From Octopus bimaculoides (Eukaryota): a stretch of 42,510 bases of DNA. Where the stretch lies: the NCBI RefSeq assembly GCF_001194135.2, contig NC_068987.1, positions 39,429,928 through 39,472,437 of the forward strand. The letters run 5' to 3'. This document shows positions 32,440 to 42,510 of the stretch, one piece after another. Position numbers and translations under genes: made by a program. Numbering within the stretch: the stretch's first letter is position 1; each line of letters opens with the position of its first letter. A model generated the notes under the pieces. It was not told the origin of the DNA. It saw only the letters and a program-made list of their open reading frames with translations, and ran no database searches.

Positions 32440-33449
32440 TATATATGAGGGAAATATAGAATTGCTTAGGTAGATACAAAATAAAACTTAAATGTTTTCT
32501 GTACATACATACATACATTCATACATACACACAAACAAACAAACAAACAAACAAACAAACAAACAAAAATCATCAATTCAGTGCAAACATAACAAATCTG
32601 ATATTGTTCTATGGGACAGGGAATAAAAGTCATGTTGTAGCAGTCTGCTGCCCAGCAGATGTGAATATACAATCAAAAGTCCAGGAAAAAGAGAACGTTC
32701 ATGGGCAAATTAATGCAGCTCTTGTACTCTGACTATGAATTCTCATTTGTACCTACCATCACAAGTGCATTAGTTTATGTACTAACAAATTTGCACAAAA
32801 ACCTAGAAATACTCGATTTCATGCAAAAAGAGCAAAAGAAACATAGATTCTCCAAATCCAATCTATTAGTAGCACACTGAAGATTTGTAAGACATTCCAA
32901 AATTTCTCCTTCTGAGATTGTTACATGAATAGATGCATCGACAGTTCAACCAATATACCAACTCAACCACATATTTACAAACACCAGGAACTTTCTTAAC
33001 TCAAAAAGTTTTGCCGCAACTGGTTTGAACTCTCTCTAGAAGAACTAAAATTAAACTTAAAGAAAAGTCAGACAGATAAATAAATAATACAAATGAGGAA
33101 TGGATTTGTTGGTATTGTACAGCTTACAGTTGTTTTAATAATGTGTGGGCAACAAATATAACATGCTTCATAAGATGGATGAAAACAATAATATTGTCAT
33201 ATTAATTATATAATGTGCATTTCATAATGATTGACCCACAGCCATTTAGTTGTAACCGAGTGAATAAACAAAATACAGTTACAAATTGCATATATAGGAA
33301 AATCACAATAATCTTTTGGGAGGCTGTTAGCTGATTCTGGAAGGAAGAGTTAATGTTAGAAGTTTCAACCTCTTACGTAAATTAAGGCATGCATCTAAGA
33401 TCCTTGTGTATGCTCACAAAATTGCGAATTCATACAATATAAATATTGA

Positions 33450-34110
33450 CTCTTATAACTTGATCCACAAAGAGCTCTGTAGTTGCTATAAGCATACACC
33501 TACCTCTAAGTTGAACCAAATCAACTGTACAAGTCTCAGTATTGTTATAAACTTTGTCTAGCTGAGAAGGCTGAATTCTATGCACCTAGGGCTTCATATA
33601 TAAATCTTAAGGACCACAAACCCTGAGTTCGAGTGCAAACCTACAGTAAGGCTTATCTGCCCATCTAAATTAGTTAAAAACTTATAGATAGAATAATTAC
33701 TATGTTTAAATCTAAAACTACACTTAGCTTATTGTCTGATACCACAGACATAGATTGACTGAGAAACTTGGAAGATAAGAAGTTTGATAAATTTTTACAA
33801 TTAGATATTTCCAACTACTATTCATGTATAATCCCTATCTGCCTTAACAAAGTTATTTGCTTTCTCTATGAGAAACTCTCACTTGTCTCAATCTGATTGT
33901 GGATGCCATAATACTAGCCTCTAAAAAGACTAATTAAATTCAATAATAAACTTTAGACCCATAGGGATAAACACAGGAACTTCTATATTACCATGGAATT
34001 AAGTGATTCAGCACAGTTTACCAATCTTTTTGGTATATACTTGCTATAATAACTTAAATGCTAATTTTGGCGAATAGGTGATGGCCTATACAGAGATGAC
34101 ACTCTATTCT
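33450..34110 (+). mobile_element. Third Penelope-like lineage, RT remnant
   Basis: YINLKDHK.EFECKPTVRLICPSK, LQLDISNYYSCI, FYITMELSDSAQ and GLYRDD, across frameshifts. Confidence 0.7.
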
Positions 34111-34151
34111 CTACCTATAGGGCAGAATAAGAATTAGAAAAAGTTGTTTAA

Positions 34152-34343
34152 CCCTTTTTTTACCATATTTTGGTCAACATATCCTGCTTTTGTTTGAATT
34201 AATTTTTGAAACAATGAAGTATTATCAAGCTGAGGAACAAATTAGCATAAAATTTTTATGGAAAATTGTAATTTAGACCACTTTAGAATACTAAGTTTGT
34301 CATAGAACCTGGGACAGTCTCAGATGGGTTGATATCAAAAGGG
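34152..34343. mobile_element. piggyBac-type MITE (192 bp)
   Basis: TTAA|CCCTTTTTTTACCA ... TGATATCAAAAGGG|CTAA: CCCT-type TIRs and a TTAA TSD with one mismatch. Confidence 0.65.
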
Positions 34344-34905
34344 CTAAACTTTTTAAGAACTTTGCACAGTCTATTACAATGACTGAGAATCACAGGCATT
34401 CATGTTCAAATCTGTCAAAATATCTGAAAAATAGGTAGATGCATTATTGTTTGGATACATTTTGTTCTGTGTGCACCCCATGAATTATACATTTTTCTTT
34501 CTAATATTCAGGATTTAAAGATTTGGATTTGACACTTGTGAATTTAATGTTATTTAATTCATGTCTGGGTTGCTAGCTGACTAGTTTAAAATCAGAAGAC
34601 TGAGCTTCATATCTGTTTACAACTGAAATTTTTGTACTAAAGGCTATTTTTGGTTATTGTTATTTGAACTGAATAATGTTTACAGAAACTAATTTCAATT
34701 GTCCCTTATAGTAGAAGAGTAAACTCAAATTCCTGGAGTGACAGGGAGTGTAAATTTGCTTTTAAAAAGTTGTCAAGGTTTAAAAGTTTATAAACTTGCA
34801 TTTTAATTGATTATATCCTCCACTGAAATTGTGTTGATGTTTGTAATCAATATGTACCAATATATCAATGTACAACCTTTATAAAATGAATCATATTTCT
34901 TGTAG

Positions 34906-34986
34906 GGAGATGAAGAAAAAGCTCATGGTTCAGAACCGATGCCTATGATGGACCGAGAAAAAAGAAATATTCTACCAGAAACTCAG
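34906..34986 (+). CDS. PDE10A: PDE exon (phase 0-0): GDEEKAHGSEPMPMMDREKRNILPETQ, ending in the invariant Gln
   Basis: Acceptor tttcttgtag, donor CAG|gttaaa, 81 nt. Confidence 0.95.
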
Positions 34987-35199
34987 GTTAAATCATTTCT
35001 GTTGAGTTTGCTTTTTCCCTTGATTTAGACTAAATTTGGCATGCTGATTTCAAAGCAACAGTCAGTTTTCTTATATCATGTCAAGTTTTTTTTTTTCTAG
35101 ACCTTACTCTCTGAATAAGCACAATCGTCTTTCTTTTGTCTGTAAGTAGTAGGGCTGGTCAGCTGCTTTTATTATTTTATTGATAATATTGGGGAACAT

Positions 35200-36250
35200 T
35201 TTCTTGCTTTTTGAAATTAGTCCTACTTAATTTGATGGTGCTGGGTTCAGAAATACCCTCAGAAATGTTCTATCATGTCAAATGTTTTGTTAAACAGGAA
35301 TTAATTTTTTTACTAAAAAATGTCAATTTTGCCATTAAATGCAATACTGAAATAAGAAAATAACGCAAGCATTTAGGATAGATATTTCTGTCGAACTGGA
35401 GTTTCAGTGATACAAGGAGTGGACTTCCTCTTTGCTGCTTTGCGTGAATAACTTGCATCACAACAGTCTCTTTGCAAAGACTAGCAGTCAGCCATCATAT
35501 TTGTGTTCCATCTACCTTGATGTCTTGGTGGAATCTTTCTCCTTGCTCATCACTTATTGCACTATGATTTTCAGGGAAGTAGTCCATTTGACTTTGCAGG
35601 AAATGCACTTTTACACTCACGTTGCAGCCCAGTGCTTGAAAACTGGTTAACAGTGTCTGCACAAGTTCTTAATAATTTGATGGTTTCCTGTTTCCCAGGA
35701 GATCAGACACAACAGCAGCAAAAGCATTCCATGCTCATTATGCAACACCAGACATGGTCACTAAAAACTGCTTGTCCTGCAATAGCCACCTAATCTGTGA
35801 TCTGGCAAACACACAAATCTTAGTTTTCTCAAGCTGGAAACTTCTGCTTAAGTATTTGAAACAGTTACTGTCTCAGTGTTTCAACACATTTTACACACTA
35901 TACAGGGTGCTCAGACTTTCTCTTGATCACTCAGTTTCATGTCAAAATATGTAAGGTAAGCTTTTTACACAAAATCTGTGATTTTGTTTTGTTGCCTAGG
36001 TAAAGTGTAACATCCAGAAATATAACACAAGACATTGAGGTTGTTTTTACCTTTTCTTCTCTAACAACTGGCCATATTTCTGGAATACAAAATATATTCA
36101 AGCCAGTCATCACCTGAGAGAAGCATTTTCAGATCTGTCAACAGTTATAAAAGGAAACAAATGCAGATTTGTGATGGCAAAGTTCCATAAAGAGCGTACA
36201 TACCATGAAGTTCCTTCTACAGTTTTTTGACCATGCTTACAAAAAGTGAA
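35200..36250 (-). mobile_element. Internally deleted CMC/Chapaev-3-like DNA transposon
   Basis: N-terminal KNNLNVLCYISGCYTLPRQ..YFDMKLSDQEK..ETLRQ is fused to C-terminal LGNRKPSNY..LGCNVSVKVHFLQSQMDYFPEN..SDEQGERFHQDIK. Family assignment is from motif recall. Confidence 0.6.
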
Positions 36251-37233
36251 TTTGACCCATGTGACCTCACAATTAAAATATTAAGGGTGCATTCAAAAAA
36301 TTAATTTTCATAAGAAATATTGAAAGGTTCAACAAAACATGTCTCACCTGGTTTGCAGTGATAGTTACTAGATTGAGCACAGCGTGGGCACATGTGCAGA
36401 CAAATTCCACAAATATGAGACATGTGATGTCAAGGACCACAGAAATGTATTGTTTATTAACATATAATTGTATAAAGAACATTTCTGTCATCATCAAGAA
36501 ATTCAAAACTGAGTGGATTGAAAATAGTGGAAGCTGCTTGAGTTTGATGCATTTTATTTGCTGAACGTATTTAAATCATGACTTTTGTTTTCACTTTTGT
36601 AGTTGCCTTTATTTTAAATGATATTGAAAAACTATGTGATAGAGCAAAATGGATTTCATTTTTAAAATCAACACTACAAAATTATTAGGAAACACCAGAC
36701 AACAAAATTTATGGGCCCTTTTTTAGAATTTCATCAGGACAAGTTGAAAAAATCATTGATATTGGACTCAGATTTTTTGAAACCACTGATACATCTGTCC
36801 ATATATTGTAAATCATAAGGTAAAAAGTACTTGGCTAGAGAGTTATCTCGTTTGTCAACACACACCTAGTCACTTGTATATACATGTTCTCACACACCTA
36901 TGCACATACACATACACATGGACACCTATGACTGCAAGAACTAATGGGGAAACAAAAGAGAGAGTAAAAGAGGGAAGAGGAGTAAAAGAAGGAAAGAAGC
37001 ACAGGAAAAATTCCCAAAGACTTCTAAAATCCTAAAAAGATTTAGTAAAATTTCCAAGGAAAAATTCTGATGAAAATTGAATATAAAAAAATTTTCAGGT
37101 CACAAACTTACAAAGGAAAGGTGAAGTTGTTTCTCTGGATCAAAAAAGGCTGTGAATTTTCTCTTGCAGATGCACTATTAAGATTAGATTTTGAAACATG
37201 AGAACAAAATGTTAATATGCTATCTCATTTCAG

Positions 37234-37322
37234 GTTGGATTCCTTTCTTTTATTTGTTTACCATGTTATCAGCTGATGTCAGATCTACTCCCAGAAACCA
37301 CTACCATGGTCAATGGAGTTAA
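37234..37322 (+). CDS. PDE10A: PDE exon (phase 0-2): VGFLSFICLPCYQLMSDLLPETTTMVNGV(K)
   Basis: Acceptor ctcatttcag, donor AA|gtaagt. QVGF...PCY motif. Confidence 0.95.
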
Positions 37323-37439
37323 GTAAGTAACAACATTTCTAACATACAGATGGTTTTTGGCAGAACTGACTAAGACAAATCTTCTTGAAAATTTTACTAA
37401 ATAGTTCTGAATCCATATCTTGGTGGCAACAAACTAACT

Positions 37440-37740
37440 ATCTTTCCATTGGTTATGACAAGGGTTCCAGTTGATCTGATCAATAGAACAGCCTGCTCAT
37501 GAAATTAACATGCAAATGGCTGAGCACTCCAGAAACATGAGTACCCTTAACATAGTTCTCAGGGAGATTCAGCATGATACAGAATGTGACAAAGTTGGCC
37601 TTTTGAAATACAGATACTACTTATTTTGTCAGCTGAGTGGACTGGAACAACATGAAATAAAGTGTCTTGCTCAAGGAGACAACGTGCCATTAGGTATCAA
37701 TCTCATGATCTTGTGATCTTGAGCTGAACACAAAAACCAT
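37440..37740 (-). mobile_element. tRNA-type SINE of another family (ccttgagcaagacactt-type core)
   Basis: The reverse complement contains ccttgagcaagacactttatttcatgttgttccagtccactcagctgac. Confidence 0.6.
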
Positions 37741-38565
37741 GCACTTTCTGCAAATAAACTAAATAGAAATGCCGAGTGGGTTACATTGGAGCCAGTTTAA
37801 TCAACTGTATGTCTCACTTAACATTTGTCTTGTTAGAAGAAACATCTTTTGCAGAGATTTGTTTTTTTAGTTTATTTTATTAAATCCTGGTTTTTATTAA
37901 AGTTTACTTAGTGTTTCTTACTTGTGTTGTCTTCTGTAAAGTTTGCTCTGTAAAAAATCTGACAGAAGTCCTCACATTGATTGCAACTTTGTTGATTAAT
38001 ATAAGTACCAATAATTATAATGTGTTCAATTCAATATCTCTTCCTACCAACAATTGACTTCCTATCTCAGTAAGAAATGAACATTTAAAGGTGTTGTGTT
38101 TTTAAGATAATGAATGATCATAATTAACAAATCTGAATGATGAATTTTGTTTTGATAAATGTTAAAAAATGAACTACCCATAATTTTTAAAGGAAGAGAT
38201 ATGGGATGAATGAAGTTCATGTTCTTCTCAAAAGTGATATAATTGAAGTAACTTACCATCTTCCTTGTTCTACAATGCATTTGTTGAAGACTTACAATGA
38301 AATCTCAGAAGAAATAACATCTCAGAAACAGTAAAGCACTAAACATTGACTATTTCTGCTTTTTCCTGATCTTGTCAACATTATTTTCACATATAAATTT
38401 TTCTATGTGGACATAGGTTAAACAGGTTACAGCAGTCTAAATCAGCTCCTATTTGGTGGTATGACAGTGATGGGTTTAGCAGAAAGAATCAAGTAGTAGA
38501 TTGAGCAATAGAAGAGAGAAAATGATATGCAGCTTTATGTGGGAAAACAGTGATAAAAAGAGGAG

Positions 38566-38568
<3 letters not shown>

Positions 38569-38622
<54 letters not shown>
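38569..38622. repeat. (AT)n microsatellite; other simple repeats at 1-25, 110-145, 4548-4648, 5394-5552, 6353-6426, 7014-7060, 16824-16900, 17245-17350, 22680-22770, 26188-26229, 27130-27195, 32530-32567
   Basis: Read directly from the sequence. Confidence 0.95.
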
Positions 38623-38625
<3 letters not shown>

Positions 38626-39072
38626 AAAAAAATCATTATTGAAAGACTGCCATTAGAAATAACTGATAGCTTAGAGTAAATTTAAGCTGAAACCACATAA
38701 CATTGCATTTCACTCTAGATGAAGTCCTTTCCTGCAGTAGCCAAAAATCTTTGGTCAAAGCATATAAAGTCACAAGTCTTTCCATTTCTATTCTTTTAAA
38801 ATACTTGTACACTCTTAATTCTCAGATTGTTAACCTCATTTTTAGAGTTAAAACGCTGATTTAAAAATATTTACATTAAAACTAACGTCTGAAGTAGTCT
38901 GAAAGCTTATAATCACTTAGCAATAACTCATCTCAAATATTTAAACATTTAAGTCTGTTGGTTTTAAAAGAAAAAGAAAGAGTAATGCTATTATTCAGGG
39001 TCTAACCTGTATTTGAATTTAGGTAAGATATGATTATTTTTCAGTTACTTTTCCTTTCATTTTCATTTGCAG

Positions 39073-39142
39073 GAAGAACTTAGAAAACTGGGAAATTTTA
39101 GCAAAAGAATGTAAGACTAATGAGGAGACAGAAACCAGTTAA
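39073..39142 (+). CDS. PDE10A: PDE terminal coding exon: (K)KNLENWEILAKECKTNEETETS-stop
   Basis: Acceptor ttcatttgcag. NLxxW C-terminal PDE motif; TAA at 39140-39142. Confidence 0.9.
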
Positions 39143-39234
39143 AGAGATGATATTAAGAAACCAGATGAAATATGAAAAAGACAGAAACGAGCTGGATTGT
39201 GCATTTTATCAAGAATATGAATTTAATTGAAGAT

Positions 39235-39240
39235 AATAAA
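39235..39240 (+). promoter_or_regulatory. Candidate polyadenylation signal AATAAA
   Basis: First AATAAA after the PDE stop, about 93 nt downstream. No transcript evidence. Confidence 0.3.
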
Positions 39241-39519
39241 TATGTTGCTTAAGTTTCTTCACCTTGCAGTATTGAGTTGTGTTCTAAGTTCAAACCTTGC
39301 TACGGTGACTTTCACCCTTGTGAGGTTTGATGAAATAAATACAATTCAAGTCCTAGAATTGATTGTGCTGTTCCACAAAATTTGTGACTGTTAAAAGTTA
39401 TTATATTTTACTTCTTACATCTCTTGATCTTACTTACTTCAGTTAATCCTATGAGAATTGACAGCAATTTGTTGTCAAAGGTCTCTTTCCACAAATTATA
39501 AAACTTGGTACCTAGATGT

Positions 39520-40410
39520 TAAGTATTGTAGAAGATACTTAACACCCAAGTACCAACTTCAGAATCTTTGCTGTCCCCAATAGAGCAGTTTTTTTTTAGC
39601 ATGCTCTACTCTTATGTCAATTATGATTTATGTGACTTGGTTGTTAGTGCTCCAAGTGCCCCTACAGCTACTGAGATGACAGTTACTCTCTCTTCATTGC
39701 CCATATTTTTACAATTTTGTCTTAGTAACTTGTTTTTTTTTTCACCTTTTCCAACTCTTTGTCACTACACATGCATCCCCAGGTATGGCAATATCTATAA
39801 TTTTAGTTTAATTTTTCTTTTTATCCACTACAACAATGTCTCATCTTTGGGTATCCATTAGAGAGTCACAAAATCTTAGATTCATTATTTTCAATGACAC
39901 CTTTTGGTTCATGTTCATACCATTTCTATGCACTTCTCACACAATCTCCAGTAAACAAACTTATCCTGTTGTCATGCCTCCTTTTTTTTTATTCCTTTTG
40001 GGCTAGTTTGTTATAACATGTGAGATTGTTTCGTTTTTGCTGTCACACATCTTACAAAGTGGCGATTCACTTCTCTTATCTATCTGGAACTTAGTGTAAT
40101 TAGTTTTCAGAGCTTGTTCCTGGGTACACCATTTCAAAGCCTTGGTGCATCCTTTCAGATCACTTTTCCTTAGTCACCTTTAGGTGATGGTCTTGTCTTT
40201 CTCTTCGATTTGAGTGTGTCACATTTTTGGTAGGTATTGTGTTGTTATTTCTAACAGTGGCAAGCAAGGGTTCAATTTGCTGCTTGACATGCCATCCCAG
40301 ACTGTTTTCCTCGTTGACAATACAGATCTTGCATCCTCCCTTGTTCCTAGGCACAATATTGCTTTTAGAGTGCAGTTCCTTGTTCACTGTCATCACTTTC
40401 CTATTTTTCT
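39520..40410 (-). mobile_element. R4/Dong-like REL LINE remnant (same family as 20795-22620)
   Basis: LRKSDLKGCT..QEQALKTNY..PLCKMCDSKNETISHV; KIIDIAIPGD. Confidence 0.8.
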
Positions 40411-40421
40411 ATCTATTTCAT

Positions 40422-42313
40422 CAGGGAAAAGGCCCTGCAAAAAGTTGCTTCCTCTCAAACTTCCCCATGGACAAGTAGAGGCTCTTGTACAGTTGCTGCC
40501 TATAGTTGAAGTCCTGGTTAAAGGAAAGGTGTTCAAAGCCCTCGTGGATATGGGCCATACAATGTCTCTCATTACCCCAAAGGTGACTAAAAAGGGGAAG
40601 GGGATGAGTAGTGTTAGGGTGGTCAACTGCAGGGAAATTAGATGTAAGGGCAATAGTGAAGTGGAGATGGCAGTTCAGGGCACAACACTAAGGCTGTGAG
40701 TAATTGTGATCAACCATGTAGTAGATGGAATTGATGTGGTGATGGGCATGGATGTGATCTACCACCTAGGAGGTATTATTGTTAGTGGAGACATGGTTTC
40801 TTCTGATGGTGCAGGGGCATCATGCACTGTGAATCTGCAACAAGAGAGTGGGCAGAGCCCCAGGGAGATGGTTGAGTTGCACTGGAAAGGGGAGCCCCCA
40901 ATGCTGAGGAACAGGCTGTTATCAGCATACCTTGAAAGGAGATGCCAGAACTGATTTTGAAGGAAAGTTAGAGATGGATCAAAGAGGATATACTCATCCC
41001 ATGGAAGAAGGAAGTGAAGAGCAGAGTGCTGCCACTAATGGCAGTGGTGCAGCCAACAAAGGGCAAGGTCAGACTGTACTGGACTTTTGAGAGCTGAATG
41101 GCCACGTATTGTGTCACATGGGTGGTGAGGTAACTGATGTCAGTGGAGAGATGTTGCAAGAAAGGAGACAGATGATAAGGGCTGCAATAATTGTTGACTT
41201 AAAGTCAGCATATCTGCAGCTCCACATGAGCAAGAAATTGTGGAAGTATCAGCTAGTGAGACATAAGGGCCAGACATATTGGTTAACTAGACTGAGTTTC
41301 AGGTTGAATTTTGCACCAAAGATCATGACAACAGTGCTCAAATATATCCTGGGAAAGGTGGACAAGGTCAAAAAGGCCACCAATTCCTATACAGATGAGA
41401 TCTTGGTAGACGAGACTGTAGTGTCTATCACAGAGGTCATAGGTCACCTAATGAAGATCAGGCTAACTGTGAAACCACGGGAGCCAATGGCTGGAGGAGC
41501 TGCACTGGGGATCAAGCTACAAAGAGACAAAATAGTGTGTTGATATTTCAGAGAGGAAATGAGATTCTAGAACTGGGCACTATTCTCGATGTGTAGGAGA
41601 CAAAGTGGGAGAGAGGATGGTGGCTATAATGCAGAAGATCCTAGAACAAGACCATATGGTATGATGCTAGCAGCATAGCAATAGGGGCTATCCTGGAAAT
41701 CAGGGGTGGCAAAGTGGAGGATGCAACCTGGTTCAGAAAAGCAGATGATTACAACCACATCAACATGTCTGAGTTGGATGCTCTACTGAAGCGGGTGAAT
41801 CTGGCTCTGAGATGGGGGCTGAATTCCATTGAAATCCAAACTGATTTGGCTAGTGTGCTTGGATGGGTGGGATCAGTGATTACTAATGAAAGGAGGGTTC
41901 AAACAAAAGGGGCTGCAGAGATGTTAGCGAAGCATTGGGTGAGCTAGCAGCCAAACTTGGTTTGAAGGTGAGCATGGTCATTATGCCCTCAGAATGGAAT
42001 AAGGCAGATATTCTAACCAGGGTGAAAAAGGCTTGGTAGGCAGTGCTGGAAGATTTAAAGTAGGGGATAGCTAGGTGACTTGGAACTAAGGAAACTGCAT
42101 ACCATGCATCATATAGGCATGGATAGAACCCTGTCTCTTTCCAGGGAAGTTGACTCCGACGTCACTAGGTAGAGTATTCAACAAGTGGCCAGGAGCTGTT
42201 ATAGGAGTCAACTGACCCTGCTCCAGGTGTGCATGAGCTGGGAAACATCTCAGTAGAGCACAGTTGGAGGGACATATTTCTTGATGGTTAACTGTGGACC
42301 GAGTCAGACAGCA
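40422..42313 (+). mobile_element. Gypsy copy 2 (same family as 10806-14760): PR-RT-RH-start of IN; no gag, no LTRs
   Basis: KALVDMGHT, IVDLKSAYLQL, NSYTDE, ELDALLKRVNLALRW. The RH-to-IN junction is uninterrupted at about 42030-42130; truncated by an RTE insertion. Confidence 0.85.
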
Positions 42314-42510
42314 ATCATCATCATCGTTTAACGTCCGCTTTCCATGCTAGCATGGGTTGGACGATTTGACTGAGGACTGGTGAAACCGGATGGCAACACC
42401 AGGCTCCAGTCTGATTTGGCAGAGTTTCTACAGCTGGATGCCCTTCCTAACGCCAACCACTCAGAGAGTGTAGTGGGTGCTTTTACGTGTCACCCGCACG
42501 AAAACGGCCA
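42314..42510 (-). mobile_element. RTE LINE 3' end, running off the window
   Basis: catcatcatcgtttaacgtccgctttccatgctagcatggg...; same family as 7623 and 30300. Confidence 0.8.

Larger units (their letters stand above)
7121..39142 (+). other. PDE10A: 3' part of a PDE10A/pde-5-like 3',5'-cyclic nucleotide phosphodiesterase gene: join(7121..7276,18158..18208,27791..27912,28840..28951,34906..34986,37234..37322,39073..39142)
   Basis: The manually spliced exons give one open frame of 226 aa plus TAA. It is colinear with the PDE catalytic domain (CHDLDH, MEHHH, ATDL, ADL, EFYAQGD, PMPMMDR, Q-V-G-F). All introns are GT..AG with matching phases. The MTGADLCASAKPW / FEEFY / PMMDR pattern is closest to PDE10/C. 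elegans pde-5 as I recall it; orthology was not tested. Confidence 0.88.

Noticed and set aside
1-42510. A novel multi-gene protein-coding system
   Set aside because: The longer ORFs are accounted for by TE domains, microsatellites or gaps, the PDE exons were found by manual splicing, and the remaining short ORFs show no recognisable motif.

Overview
AT-rich, microsatellite-dense animal genomic DNA with three N-gaps (5905-6352, 20186-20791, 29577-29817). The SINE and RTE families look like those of octopus; this is inferred from recognised repeat motifs, not from a search. The only host gene is on the + strand: the last seven coding exons (7121-39142, 226 codons plus stop) of a PDE10A / invertebrate pde-5-like cyclic nucleotide phosphodiesterase. 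All six introns are GT-AG, phases are consistent, and introns run 0.9-10.9 kb. The upstream exons (including the YHNxxH motif) were not found, so they lie outside the window or in a gap. The rest is mostly decayed, nested transposons: three Penelope-like lineages, three Gypsy lineages, RTE and R4/Dong-like REL LINEs, tRNA-type SINEs, Tigger, a Chapaev-3-like element, a Helentron-type element and MITEs. I found no new protein-coding system. The most unusual signals are structural: (1) a long-TIR MITE carrying a (TTAGGG)3TT higher-order telomeric array; (2) two hammerhead-ribozyme-shaped remnants at Penelope ends; (3) a 1.4-kb inversion that can be reconstructed across a Gypsy/Penelope nest; (4) a codon-exact, twin-priming-like 5' inversion in a Penelope; (5) two long intronic hairpins; (6) a window-wide strand polarity of (ATT)n tracts, SINEs and REL LINEs.
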